Positions 8,191 through 17,782 of a DNA stretch of 52,509 bases are shown piece after piece (the first letter of the stretch is position 1; each line of letters opens with the position of its first letter). The DNA comes from Bacteroidales bacterium. Lineage in GTDB: Bacteria > Bacteroidota > Bacteroidia > Bacteroidales > Muribaculaceae. The position numbers and the translations under genes are program-made. The notes beneath the pieces are model-generated. The model was not told the DNA's origin and made no database searches. It saw only the letters and a program-made list of their open reading frames with translations. The stretch spans positions 1 to 52,509 of the forward strand of contig JAJBVP010000290.1 of the NCBI GenBank assembly GCA_020859755.1. Reading direction: 5' to 3'.

Positions 8191-10381
8191 TAGGGAGACA
8201 GTACAACGGATATTGGATGCCGCCGACATTGTGGAGGTGGTGAGCGATTATGTGACGCTGAAACGCTCGGGCGCCAGCTATATCGGCTTGTGCCCCTTCC
8301 ACAACGAGCGCACGCCATCGTTCTCGGTGTCGCGCGCCAAAGGCTTGTGCAAATGCTTCTCGTGTGGCAAGGGTGGCTCCCCCGTCAACTTCCTGATGGA
8401 GCTGGAGCAAATCTCCTACACCGAGGCGTTGAAACGCCTTGCCAAAAAATACAATATAGAGGTAAAAGAGCGCGAGTTGACCGACGCTGAGCGGCAACAG
8501 GCCTCGGAGCGCGAGTCGCTATTTGCCGTCAACGACTTCGCCCTCAACTACTTCGAGCACAATCTCACCGACACCGACGACGGTCGCGACATCGGTCTCA
8601 CCTACTTCCGCGAGCGTGGCATCAACGACTGGGCCATCAAGCGATTCCGCCTGGGCTACTCCCTGCCCAAGGGCGACGCGCTTTACCGCACGGCCACTGC
8701 CAAGGGATTCAACGAGAAATACCTCTTCGACACCGGCCTGTGTGCCAAGACCGAGGAGGGGCGCGTCTACGACCGTTTCCGCGGCCGTGTGATATATCCG
8801 ATTTTCACCACATCGGGCCGAGTGGTGGCATTCGGCGGCCGTATCCTGCAAGCGAAGAAAGAGGGCGTTGGCAAATACGTCAACTCGCCCGAATCGGCGA
8901 TTTACCACAAAAGCGTGGAGGTTTACGGCCTTTACCAGGCGCGACAAGCCATCGCCAAGAAGGACCGCTGCATTATGGTAGAGGGATACATGGACGTGAT
9001 CTCGATGCACCAAAGCGGCATCGAAAACGTCGTGGCCTCATCAGGCACATCGCTCACCGAGGGCCAGATTCATAAAATCAAGCTTATCACCCGCAACCTC
9101 ACCGTCATCTATGATTCCGATCCCGCTGGTATCAAGGCCTCACTGCGAGGGATCAACCTGTTGCTGGCCGCTGGAATGAACGTGAAGGTGGTGCTTTTGC
9201 CCGAGGGTGACGACCCCGACTCGTTTGCCCAACACCACTCTTCTACGGAGGTGGAGGAGTACATCGAGCGCAACTCACAGGACTTTATCGCCTTCAAGAC
9301 CGATATCCTTCTCAAAGGCGTGGTCAACGACCCCATCGCCCGCGCTGGCGTGATTACCGATGTCATTGAGTCGATAGCGTTGATTCCCGACCCGATTACC
9401 CGCAACGTCTACATCCAGGAGTGCGCAATGCGCCTTGGGATGAGTGAGAAATTGATCGTGCAACAGTGCGACAAGCTCATCACGGCGCGTCGCGACAAGG
9501 AGGCGATGAAGAAAGCCAAGGAAGATGCCGCTCGCACCCTCCAAGGAGTCGACAAGCAAGAAACCGGGACATCGACTTCCACCCAGGCACCACCGACAAA
9601 GCCTGAAGAAACTGAGCAAGACGATTCGCTCTACCTTGCCAAATATGAGCGCGCGGTGCTTCGCTACGCATTGAAGTATGGCGCCGTGGAAATAGGTGAC
9701 GAGGCATACGACCAAGAGGGCAACGCGATGTCAATCACCGTGATAGATTATATTTTAGGTGACCTTGAAGGAGACGGACTTACAATCACCACCCCCCTCT
9801 ACGCCCGCGCCATCAACATGGCATCCCAGCTCCTGCGCGACGAATGGCCCTCGGCACGCACCCGCGCCGATGAGCGCATCGACAAAGAACGGCAGCAGAT
9901 GTGGGAACAGGGCGTAGCGGCCATACGCGACTCGGGATGCTCGGTAGCCGATATCGACCGTCGCGAGAAGGAATTGAGGGCACGATGCGATGAGATGGTA
10001 AGAGGGGCTCGCGCTGTTGTCGCCCAGCATTTCATTGAGAAGCAGATGGCGTCGTGTGACGACGACGAGATTCGCCGATTGACCACCGACCTGGTAAGCG
10101 AACGCTACCAATTGTCGAAAATCCACACCAAGCACGCCCATATCGAAACCGAGGAGGAGCGCCTGTATTCGCTGGTTGAGCGCGCCGTCTACGAGTTGAA
10201 GGACGCGGTGCTCGAGTGCCAGCAGCGATCCATACGTCGCAAAATCAAGGCCGTATGCAGCCAGCCCAACTGCGACCCGAGTCAGGTATTGGCCCTGATG
10301 CAGGAAAACAAGCGCTTAACCGAGATAAAGGCCGAGTTCGCCAAATTCCTGGGCGAGCGCATCGTGGCTCCGCGCCGCTAA
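8183..10381 (+). CDS. dnaG: DNA primase.
   Basis: CHC2 zinc finger CPFHNERTPSFSVSRAKGLCKCFSCGKGG. Toprim motifs EGYMDVISMHQSG and YDSDPAG. The GTG start gives the MID... N-terminus expected for Bacteroidales DnaG and overlaps the GNAT stop by 8 nt. Confidence 0.93.
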   Translation: MIDRETVQRILDAADIVEVVSDYVTLKRSGASYIGLCPFHNERTPSFSVSRAKGLCKCFSCGKGGSPVNFLMELEQISYTEALKRLAKKYNIEVKERELTDAERQQASERESLFAVNDFALNYFEHNLTDTDDGRDIGLTYFRERGINDWAIKRFRLGYSLPKGDALYRTATAKGFNEKYLFDTGLCAKTEEGRVYDRFRGRVIYPIFTTSGRVVAFGGRILQAKKEGVGKYVNSPESAIYHKSVEVYGLYQARQAIAKKDRCIMVEGYMDVISMHQSGIENVVASSGTSLTEGQIHKIKLITRNLTVIYDSDPAGIKASLRGINLLLAAGMNVKVVLLPEGDDPDSFAQHHSSTEVEEYIERNSQDFIAFKTDILLKGVVNDPIARAGVITDVIESIALIPDPITRNVYIQECAMRLGMSEKLIVQQCDKLITARRDKEAMKKAKEDAARTLQGVDKQETGTSTSTQAPPTKPEETEQDDSLYLAKYERAVLRYALKYGAVEIGDEAYDQEGNAMSITVIDYILGDLEGDGLTITTPLYARAINMASQLLRDEWPSARTRADERIDKERQQMWEQGVAAIRDSGCSVADIDRREKELRARCDEMVRGARAVVAQHFIEKQMASCDDDEIRRLTTDLVSERYQLSKIHTKHAHIETEEERLYSLVERAVYELKDAVLECQQRSIRRKIKAVCSQPNCDPSQVLALMQENKRLTEIKAEFAKFLGERIVAPRR

Positions 10382-10467
10382 TCTCCATAAGCAATATAAA
10401 TCGTTATTGAAAGCTAATATTGGTGAAATAACTATAAAGCGGTAATCGATTATTAGGCGAAAAGTGT

Positions 10468-10475
10468 TAACTTTG
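10468..10475 (+). promoter_or_regulatory. Candidate -7 promoter box TAACTTTG upstream of rpoD.
   Basis: Exact TAnnTTTG match 52 nt upstream of the ATG at 10528. Confidence 0.45.
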
Positions 10476-10527
10476 CACGAATAATATATTATTAACAAGG
10501 TATCCCCATACATTTCATTTCTCAAGG

Positions 10528-11388
10528 ATGAGACAACTAAAGATTACCAAATCAATTACTAACCGCGAAAGCGCTTCGCTCGACAAGTATTTGCAAGAGA
10601 TCGGACGTGAGGACCTCATAACCGTAGAAGAGGAAGTTGAGCTCGCCCAACGCATCAGGCAAGGGGATCAGGCAGCTCTCGAGAAACTTACCCGCGCCAA
10701 CTTGCGATTCGTCGTGTCGGTAGCCAAGCAGTACCAGAACCAGGGCTTGTCGTTGCCCGACCTGATCAACGAGGGCAATCTCGGCTTGATCAAGGCCGCG
10801 CAGAAATTCGATGAGACCCGAGGTTTCAAATTCATATCCTACGCCGTGTGGTGGATTCGCCAGTCGATTCTGCAGGCCCTGGCCGAGCAGTCGCGTATCG
10901 TGCGTTTGCCACTCAACCAGGTAGGATCCCTCAACAAGATTTCAAAAGCCCTGTCGAAGTTTGAGCAAGAGAACGAGCGTCGCCCGTCGGCCGAGGAACT
11001 TGCCGAGGCTTTGGACGTGCCGGTGGAGAAGATTGCCGACTCGATGAAGGTGTCGGGCCGTCACATCTCGGTTGACGCTCCCTTCGTGGAGGGCGAGGAC
11101 AACTCCCTCCTCGACGTGCTCACCAACGACGACTCCCCCATGGCCGACGCCACTCTCACGCAAGAGTCGCTTTCCAAGGAGGTAGACCGCGCCCTGCGCC
11201 AGCTGCACGAGCGCGAGCGTGAGATCCTCAAGAAATTCTTCGGCATCGGTTGCCAAGAGATGACGTTGGAGGAGATTGGTGCTGAATTCGACCTCACCCG
11301 CGAGCGCGTACGCCAGATAAAGGAGAAGGCCATTCGCCGTCTCAAAGGGCAGAAAAGCCGCCTGTTGAAGACCTATCTCGGGCAATAG
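10528..11388 (+). CDS. rpoD: Primary RNA polymerase sigma factor (Bacteroidetes sigma-A type, 286 aa).
   Basis: Region 2 ([50 protein letters not shown]) and the region 4 HTH ([28 protein letters not shown]). Confidence 0.95.
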   Translation: MRQLKITKSITNRESASLDKYLQEIGREDLITVEEEVELAQRIRQGDQAALEKLTRANLRFVVSVAKQYQNQGLSLPDLINEGNLGLIKAAQKFDETRGFKFISYAVWWIRQSILQALAEQSRIVRLPLNQVGSLNKISKALSKFEQENERRPSAEELAEALDVPVEKIADSMKVSGRHISVDAPFVEGEDNSLLDVLTNDDSPMADATLTQESLSKEVDRALRQLHEREREILKKFFGIGCQEMTLEEIGAEFDLTRERVRQIKEKAIRRLKGQKSRLLKTYLGQ

Positions 11389-11411
11389 TCGTCCGATCCA
11401 ATACACGTAGA

Positions 11412-11445
11412 GAGTCGCGAGAAATCGCGGCTCTTTTGTTTTTGC
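11412..11445 (+). terminator. Rho-independent terminator after rpoD.
   Basis: Stem GAGTCGCG / CGCGGCTC with one G-T pair, followed by TTTTGTTTTTGCTTTTG. Confidence 0.75.
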
Positions 11446-11469
11446 TTTTGAAAGTTGGAAGAATAATTG

Positions 11470-11477
11470 TAAATTTG
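11470..11477 (+). promoter_or_regulatory. Candidate -7 promoter box TAAATTTG for the C10 peptidase gene.
   Basis: Exact TAnnTTTG match 34 nt upstream of the ATG at 11512. Confidence 0.45.
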
Positions 11478-11511
11478 CCGTGATGTTGTAAAAATATCTT
11501 ATCGACCAATC

Positions 11512-13479
11512 ATGAAAAAAATCCTTATTCTTAGTGTGATGTTGGTGTCGCTGGGAGCCTGGGGCTCGGAGTTGTCACCCAATGAGGCTCTTAAGCGAGC
11601 CCACCTTGCCAATAATCCCGCTTTAAAAAACCGTGTACAACAGGATTCGCAGCTAAGGCTCGTCAGCACATTTGAGGCGGAGGGAACACCTACCGTTTAC
11701 GCTTTCGCCGATGGGCATACAACAGTGCTGCTTTCGGCCGATGATCGCGTGGCTCCCGTCCTTGGATATTTCGACCAGCCTACTGATATGGCCACAGTGC
11801 CCGCTAATGTCGCCAAATGGCTCGAAGAATACTCGCGTCAAATCACATGGGCGCGCGCCAATCGTTCAGGGGATTTTGTGTCGATCACTCGACCGGAGCG
11901 CGACCCGATTTCGCCACTTCTTACCACTCAGTGGAGCCAGCGCGACCCCTACAACCGCCTGTGCCCGATAGATTACACCGGAGAGCGGTCGGTGACTGGA
12001 TGCGTGGCCACGGCTATGGCCCAGGTGATGAATTATCACCAATGGCCAGCTCAGGGTAAAGGGGTGATTAATTACACATGGGGGCGCTGGGATGGCTCAA
12101 GCGAGGATTTGTCGCTGGATCTATCCACCATCACCTTCGACTGGGACAACATGATCGCCACTTATCAGAACGACGACTTTACCGACGCACAAGCGCAAGC
12201 CGTGGCCGAGCTTATGCAAGCATGCGGCTATTCGGTGAATATGATATATTCTTCACAGACATCCGGAACGAGCAGCCAGAGTGTGCCCGTGGCGCTGGTG
12301 CAGAATTTCGATTACTCTAACAGCGCCCAAATCGAGGTGCGCGACCTGTATACACTGGAGCAGTGGGAAGAGATGGTGTACAACAACCTGAAAAATTACG
12401 GCCCCGTGCTTTACAGCGGCATCACTACCTACTGGGAAGGTCATGAATTCGTAGTCGACGGATACCAGGCCGACGGCTACTTCCATCTCAATTGGGGTTG
12501 GAACGGCTTATGTGACGGTTACTTCCTGCTCGACGCGCTCACCCCCGAAGTGATGGGAACCGGCGGGGCCGAAAGCGGTCAAGGATTCATCTACTACCAG
12601 GACGCCGTAATGAATCTTGCACCCTCAACCGCTTCAGGCACGACCCCCTCCGACCCCTATCTATACACCTCAACTCCCCTCTACGCATGGCTTTACGAGG
12701 GCTATGACAATGTTATAGAGCTGGGCAATGACATCTATTCGGCAGGCAACCGCGACGAGAATTACGACCTCGGTTTCCGTCTCACCTCCGGCGACAGTTC
12801 AAGTCAAGTAGTCATCGTTGAAAATGACCTGGCTTTGCCGATGGGATATTATTTATACGGTGTATGGATGTCGTTTGACGATGTCGCCCCGGGGTCCTAC
12901 TCACTTGTGCCCGTTTATCGTATAAACGGAAATACCGAGTGGCTCAACCTTCGCTTGCCAGTGTCGAGCGACCCCGATATACTCGTGGACTACGACGGGG
13001 AGAAGGTGACTCTGCATGTTGGGGAACTCACTTACGGCCAACTTCAAGTGCCAGCCCTTTCCCAAGGTGCGACAGCCGAGGTGACGCTGACCGCTACCAG
13101 CACCTACCGGGTCGACCAGGAAAGCGCATTGGCCCTGTTGCTGGCTTCGGGTGAGGACGGAAATCACACCACCCTTGTCCAAACGTTGTTTGAAATCATC
13201 AACATCCCCGCTGGTGGTTCCGGCACATGGAAATGGCAACTTGAGATCCCTGAAGACATTCAACCGGGCGAGTACTCCCTGTGGCTGTATGAGCCTACCG
13301 GAACTCCCTTCCACGGAGCTGATGTGACCATCACCCAGGGCGCGGGTGTCCAAGCCGTAAGCGTAGACGTCGACACCACCAACGTTCAGCTTTACGACCT
13401 CAACGGACGCCCCGCCACCTCCCGCTCGCGCGGCATCCTTATCTCAGGCCGCCAAAAGTTACTTCTCCCCAACCATTAA
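11512..13479 (+). CDS. Peptidase C10 (streptopain/SpeB-like) family cysteine protease with a T9SS C-terminal sorting domain.
   Basis: Signal peptide present. Motif TTQWSQRDPYNRLCP, catalytic Cys context VTGCVATAMAQVMNYHQWP, His context GHEFVVDGY..HLNWGWNG. The C-terminus is VQLYDLNGRPA...ILISGRQKLLLPNH. Confidence 0.9.
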   Translation: MKKILILSVMLVSLGAWGSELSPNEALKRAHLANNPALKNRVQQDSQLRLVSTFEAEGTPTVYAFADGHTTVLLSADDRVAPVLGYFDQPTDMATVPANVAKWLEEYSRQITWARANRSGDFVSITRPERDPISPLLTTQWSQRDPYNRLCPIDYTGERSVTGCVATAMAQVMNYHQWPAQGKGVINYTWGRWDGSSEDLSLDLSTITFDWDNMIATYQNDDFTDAQAQAVAELMQACGYSVNMIYSSQTSGTSSQSVPVALVQNFDYSNSAQIEVRDLYTLEQWEEMVYNNLKNYGPVLYSGITTYWEGHEFVVDGYQADGYFHLNWGWNGLCDGYFLLDALTPEVMGTGGAESGQGFIYYQDAVMNLAPSTASGTTPSDPYLYTSTPLYAWLYEGYDNVIELGNDIYSAGNRDENYDLGFRLTSGDSSSQVVIVENDLALPMGYYLYGVWMSFDDVAPGSYSLVPVYRINGNTEWLNLRLPVSSDPDILVDYDGEKVTLHVGELTYGQLQVPALSQGATAEVTLTATSTYRVDQESALALLLASGEDGNHTTLVQTLFEIINIPAGGSGTWKWQLEIPEDIQPGEYSLWLYEPTGTPFHGADVTITQGAGVQAVSVDVDTTNVQLYDLNGRPATSRSRGILISGRQKLLLPNH

Positions 13480-13512
13480 CCCATCGAACAAGATACGAAA
13501 CGGCTTCACCCT

Positions 13513-13552
13513 GAATCCATGTTGTCCTTCGGTCAACATGGATTCAATTTTT
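13513..13552 (+). terminator. Rho-independent terminator after the C10 peptidase gene.
   Basis: Perfect 12-bp stem GAATCCATGTTG / CAACATGGATTC followed by AATTTTT. Confidence 0.85.
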
Positions 13553-13585
13553 AGTGGAAATGAGTAGATTTTCTGCCTTTTGTTG

Positions 13586-13593
13586 TAACTTTG
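13586..13593 (+). promoter_or_regulatory. Candidate -7 promoter box TAACTTTG for the OMP gene.
   Basis: Exact TAnnTTTG match 25 nt upstream of the ATG at 13619. Confidence 0.45.
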
Positions 13594-13618
13594 TGCCCGT
13601 TTGCTGCGTCATAAGAGT

Positions 13619-15844
13619 ATGAAACCGATTCTCACATTTATGCTACTCTCGGTTGCGGCTGCTCTAACAACTTCGGCCAACGAGGCAACTGATTCAATTA
13701 CAAGCTATACCGAGGCCCAACTCGATTCATTGATTACAAGCCTTAACGAGGTGACAGTCACAGCTCAGCGTCCATTGGTCACAAAGGAGATTGATCGCAT
13801 AGGCTACGACGTGCAGGCTGACGACGAGTCGAAAACGGCTACACTAAGCGACATCTTGCGCAAGGTGCCCTTGGTGTCGGTCGACCCCGACGGAACCATC
13901 AAGGTGAAGGGATCCAGCGACTTCAAGATCTATCGCAATGGCCGGCCCAATAACTCCTATTCCAAGAACGCCAAAGAGCTGTTCAAGGCCATCCCCGCAT
14001 CGTCAATCAAGAAGATCGAGGTTATCACGGATCCCGGAGCCAGAGAAGATGCCGAGGGCACAAGTGCTATACTCAACATCGTGACGATGAGCGACTTGCA
14101 ACTGAAAGGCGTGACCGGCCAAGTGTCACTTTCGACCAACTCCAAGAGCCATTGGGCGCCCAATCCCAATTTGTACATAACCACGCAAATCAACAAGGTG
14201 ATACTGTCGGCTTACGGCGGCTGCTTTTTTCAACAGGGGGATTTCTGTAAGGATCACACAGAATCGCGATACGTTTATGATGAAACTGGCAACGTGTTGA
14301 CCGGCAAGTCCCAACGACGTTATCCTGGAGGCACAGGGTGGTTTGGCATCGACGGCAGTTATGAGCTGGATTCGCTCAATCTGTTCACGATGGAGTTCAA
14401 CGGTTACACATATAGGATTAACCAGCATTTTGACCAGCAAGTGGATTTGACCCTTGCCGACGGCACCCCCGGAATGAGCTACCGAGCACTTACCACATAT
14501 CGCCCCATAACTTATTTCGACCTTGGTGGAGGTATCAACTACCAGCGATCCACACGGCGCAAGGGAGAAACCATCACGGCGAGCTATCTCCTTGCCACCA
14601 CCCGACAGCACTCCGACGTAACCGAGGAATACAGCGACAAGGTGAACGCTTCGTTTGATTACGATTCCAAGCTATCCAACACCCGAGCCAACTTCATCGA
14701 GCATACCTTGCAACTCGATTGGGCACGACCGATAAATGCCCATAACAAATTTGACACGGGGACCAAATATATCTATCGTAACAACCACTCCTACAGCACT
14801 TACGATTACATCCCCACTGCGAGCGAATACACCAATTTCAAGCATACCACACAGGTGGGTGCAATCTATGGGGATTATCGGCTGAATGTGAAACGTTGGA
14901 ACTTCCGCGCCGGGCTGCGATTCGAGTACTCTCGCCTTAAAGGTCATAATATAGATCCCGAAGAACCCGCATTTTGCCGATCCCTGCGTGACTGGGTGCC
15001 CAACGCGTCGATCAGTGTGAATATTAACGATGAGAACACGCTGAAAATCAGCTACAACGAGCGCATCAATCGACCCGGCATAACGTATCTTAACCCTGCG
15101 GTGAATTCATCACCTGTGAGCGTGAGCCAAGGCAATCCCGACCTTGTAAGCGCCCGTTACCGCTCCATCAACTTGAATTACTCACTGATTAAGAGCAAGA
15201 TAAACATTGACCTCACCGCAGGTTATACCACTTCCACGGATGGGATAGTGTCAGTGCAACAAGCCATCAACGATGTGATGTATTCCTCCTATGCCAACGT
15301 GGGCCATAATCGCACGTTTAACACCAATCTCTACGTCCAATGGTCGCCATTTGAGAAAACCACATGGATTCTTAACGGTGGCCTTTACTATCGTTACTTT
15401 AAGAACCCTGATTATCAGTTGAGCCACGTGATGGCGCATGGATGGAACGGCTGGATTTGGACCCAAGTGCGCCAGAAACTGCCATGGAAGCTCACCGCCT
15501 CGGTGTCGTTTAACACCTGGAAGAGTGGCGCAACCTCGGCCTACTCCAGCCTGAAGAGCTATCATCCTTATTATTACTCTTTGAATCTTCAGCGCTCGTT
15601 TCTCAAAGATGATCGGCTGACGGTGACCGCAACCGCCATGAATCCATTCGGGCCCAAGGGTGAACACAACCGAGCCTACTCGTTCAACCAAGGACGCGAT
15701 GGCTACCAAGACTCGTGGAGTTCCTACTACCAAAGTTTCCAGCTGCAAGTGAGCTATCGATTCGGCTCGCTCAACGCCAGCGTGAAGAAAACAGCCTCCA
15801 CCATAAAAAACGAGGACGTTGTGGGAGCCAAAGTAGGCAAGTAA
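13619..15844 (+). CDS. Outer-membrane beta-barrel family protein (TonB-dependent-receptor-like plug plus barrel, OMP_b-brl_3 type).
   Basis: Signal peptide MKPILTFMLLSVAAALTTSA. Plug-like region VTVTAQRP...LSDILRKVPLVSVDPDGTIKVKG. The C-terminal half is long and rich in Y/N/S alternation, ending ...LQVSYRFG. The start was trimmed to the ATG at 13619. Confidence 0.85.
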   Translation: MKPILTFMLLSVAAALTTSANEATDSITSYTEAQLDSLITSLNEVTVTAQRPLVTKEIDRIGYDVQADDESKTATLSDILRKVPLVSVDPDGTIKVKGSSDFKIYRNGRPNNSYSKNAKELFKAIPASSIKKIEVITDPGAREDAEGTSAILNIVTMSDLQLKGVTGQVSLSTNSKSHWAPNPNLYITTQINKVILSAYGGCFFQQGDFCKDHTESRYVYDETGNVLTGKSQRRYPGGTGWFGIDGSYELDSLNLFTMEFNGYTYRINQHFDQQVDLTLADGTPGMSYRALTTYRPITYFDLGGGINYQRSTRRKGETITASYLLATTRQHSDVTEEYSDKVNASFDYDSKLSNTRANFIEHTLQLDWARPINAHNKFDTGTKYIYRNNHSYSTYDYIPTASEYTNFKHTTQVGAIYGDYRLNVKRWNFRAGLRFEYSRLKGHNIDPEEPAFCRSLRDWVPNASISVNINDENTLKISYNERINRPGITYLNPAVNSSPVSVSQGNPDLVSARYRSINLNYSLIKSKINIDLTAGYTTSTDGIVSVQQAINDVMYSSYANVGHNRTFNTNLYVQWSPFEKTTWILNGGLYYRYFKNPDYQLSHVMAHGWNGWIWTQVRQKLPWKLTASVSFNTWKSGATSAYSSLKSYHPYYYSLNLQRSFLKDDRLTVTATAMNPFGPKGEHNRAYSFNQGRDGYQDSWSSYYQSFQLQVSYRFGSLNASVKKTASTIKNEDVVGAKVGK

Positions 15845-15915
15845 CATCTTTCTGATATTATCCCAAAGGTATCCCAAAAGCGAGCCTCTATCGGCCGCCT
15901 CCCAACCCCCTGCCC

Positions 15916-15959
15916 ATAAAAGAAAGACTGCCTGACAACCCAATCGTTATCAAGCAGTC
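15916..15959 (-). terminator. Displaced original terminator of tRNA-Pro, now separated from the tRNA by the inserted element.
   Basis: On the minus strand the sequence runs directly from the 3'-fragment copy of the tRNA into the hairpin GACTGCTTGA / TCAGGCAGTC (one mismatch) and then TTTCTTTTAT. The orientation fits only a minus-strand transcript. Confidence 0.6.
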
Positions 15960-15986
15960 ATTGTCGGGGTGAGAAAATACGAACTT
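15960..15986. repeat. attL-type direct repeat: a 27-bp copy (24/27 identical) of the 3' end of tRNA-Pro.
   Basis: ATTGTCGGGGTGAGAAAATACGAACTT here versus ATTGTCGGGGTGAGAAGACTCGAACTT at 27848-27874. The first 16 nt are identical. Confidence 0.85.
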
Positions 15987-16100
15987 AGGGTAAAATTGAG
16001 TGTCATGTATTTAGAATTGAGATTTTAATTCATTATGGTTTAGCGAGTTGTAAAATAGGTTAGAAAAGTGAGATTTTGTGGGATGTCTTTGAATAACTCA

Positions 16101-16130
16101 AAATTTGTGCGTAAATTTGTGCGTAAATTT
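16101..16130 (+). promoter_or_regulatory. Left copy of the duplicated end module: tandem 12-mers (AAATTTGTGCGT x2). It contains a TAAATTTG -7 box (16112-16119) 19 nt upstream of the int ATG. Candidate integrase arm-type site and/or int promoter.
   Basis: The 27-nt string AATTTGTGCGTAAATTTGTGCGTAAAT at 16102-16128 is repeated exactly, in the same orientation, at 27772-27798. Confidence 0.55.
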
Positions 16131-16138
16131 TTAGGGTT

Positions 16139-17731
16139 ATGGACAAGAAGCAATATCAACTGACTTTCAGATTGGAGAAGCCCCGGAGCGTGAGCGCGAA
16201 GCGCCAGGCACGCGGCGAGGATGTGAGTGAGCAAATACTCCAGGCCGACATCACCTTCGGGCGCAAGCGTTGCCGTTACTACTCTGGCTACCGCGTCAAG
16301 GAAAGCCAATGGGATCAGGAGAAGCAGCAGATGCGACGCAACAATTTCACCAGAAAAGGCGTGAGCGCATCGGATGTTAATGCGAGGCTGGCCAAGATCA
16401 AAGTCGCCGCGGAGCAAGCGTTCTCCGAGCTCGAACATAACGGCATCGAGCCAACCCCGCAGACTGTGATTGAGGGGATTCGTCGATATCTCAGTGAGGA
16501 AAAGACCGAACGGCGTACGGTCGCCGACTGTTATATGGAGCTGATCGAGGAGCGGCGGGTGGAGCTGAAGGAGAGTCCGCAGACAGCGGTGTGGCGCTAC
16601 GGCACGTGGAAGAAGCACCTGACGATGTACAACCACTGGATCGGGTACCGCAAGGGTGCGTATTTCGAGGATGTGACCGCGGCGGTGCTTGACGGCTTCG
16701 AGCGCTATCTGGTGGGGAAGGGCCTGTCGAACTCCTACGTCGGCAAGAGTATGACCGATTTCAACACGTTCCTGAACTGGGCGGTGAAGAAAGGATACTG
16801 CACCAACCTGGCGTTCCGCGAGCGCAAGCAGCTGTTAAGCGACGGCACCAAGAACGAGGCGAGCGTCTATGCGCTATCGGAGGATGAGCTGATGGCGGTG
16901 ATCAACATCGTAACGGCGAGTGCTTCGCTGTGCCGCACCCGCGACGTGTTCGTGTTCTGCTGCTTCTCGGGACTGCGTTTCGGCGACGCGATGGGTCTGC
17001 GGTGGTCGGACATCTATGACGACGGCGTTGACCTCGTTGCTGAGAAGACGGGCCAACATATCCGCATCCCGCTCAACAACACCCTCCGGAAGATTCTCGC
17101 CCGCTACAAGGGTGTCTGCCAGGATGGTCGAGTATTCCCGAAGATCTCCAACCAGAAGTTCAACGACCAGCTGAAGAAGATCGGGCAGTTGGCGGGATTC
17201 AACAGCGAGTGGGTGAAAACCAAGAAGGTGGGGAACACGGTGGTGAAGACGCCGATGAAGAAGTGGGAATGCCTGTCATCGCATGTGGCCCGACGCACGT
17301 TCGTGTCGTACGCGCTGAGCATCGGCATCCCGCCGGAGGTGATCCGCTCCATCACCGGCCACTCCACCTCGAAGATGATGCAGACATACGTGAAACTGAG
17401 CCAGGGCGTTAAACGCGAGTTCATGGAACGGATGGATCAGAATACATCGGCAGAGGAGGACACCCGCACCAAAGAACCCTCCACGGTCTACGACTTGGTG
17501 GAATCAGATACCGACATCAAGTCCCTGGGCGACATGCTGGGTATCCCCGAGCAGAAGAAGTACCTTCGGCAGGTGGAGAAAGAGCCACTGTTGGCTGTGC
17601 TTCACCTTGCCCTCTACCTATGGAACACCAGCGGCGCTTCAGCTGCAGCTCGTTATATCGACTTGCTATCGGGGGATTGGCTCGACACTTTCTATTCCGA
17701 GATCGCTCGCACTCGCAGCTGGAAGAAGTAG
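16139..17731 (+). CDS. Tyrosine-type site-specific integrase (Bacteroides arm-binding N-terminal domain type) with a C-terminal extension of about 100 aa.
   Basis: Catalytic residue contexts FSGLRFGDAMGLRW (Arg), SSHVARRTFVSYAL (His-x-x-Arg) and ITGHSTSKMMQTYVKL (His, Tyr). It is adjacent to attL. Confidence 0.92.
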   Translation: MDKKQYQLTFRLEKPRSVSAKRQARGEDVSEQILQADITFGRKRCRYYSGYRVKESQWDQEKQQMRRNNFTRKGVSASDVNARLAKIKVAAEQAFSELEHNGIEPTPQTVIEGIRRYLSEEKTERRTVADCYMELIEERRVELKESPQTAVWRYGTWKKHLTMYNHWIGYRKGAYFEDVTAAVLDGFERYLVGKGLSNSYVGKSMTDFNTFLNWAVKKGYCTNLAFRERKQLLSDGTKNEASVYALSEDELMAVINIVTASASLCRTRDVFVFCCFSGLRFGDAMGLRWSDIYDDGVDLVAEKTGQHIRIPLNNTLRKILARYKGVCQDGRVFPKISNQKFNDQLKKIGQLAGFNSEWVKTKKVGNTVVKTPMKKWECLSSHVARRTFVSYALSIGIPPEVIRSITGHSTSKMMQTYVKLSQGVKREFMERMDQNTSAEEDTRTKEPSTVYDLVESDTDIKSLGDMLGIPEQKKYLRQVEKEPLLAVLHLALYLWNTSGASAAARYIDLLSGDWLDTFYSEIARTRSWKK

Positions 17732-17758
17732 AAGTTTCATAAATCCGTAGATTTTAGC

Positions 17759-17766
17759 TACTTTTG
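17759..17766 (+). promoter_or_regulatory. Candidate -7 promoter box TACTTTTG for the DUF1016 / LuxR gene pair.
   Basis: Exact TAnnTTTG match 16 nt upstream of the ATG at 17783. Confidence 0.4.
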
Positions 17767-17782
17767 TGGCAGATATTCTCTT

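Noticed and set aside
15251-15943. 230-aa minus-strand ORF.
   Set aside because: It is antisense to the C-terminal part of the OMP gene and extends into the tRNA terminator remnant. Its composition is implausible.
16040-16636. 198-aa minus-strand ORF overlapping the integrase start.
   Set aside because: It is antisense to the integrase gene and spans the subterminal repeat and promoter region.
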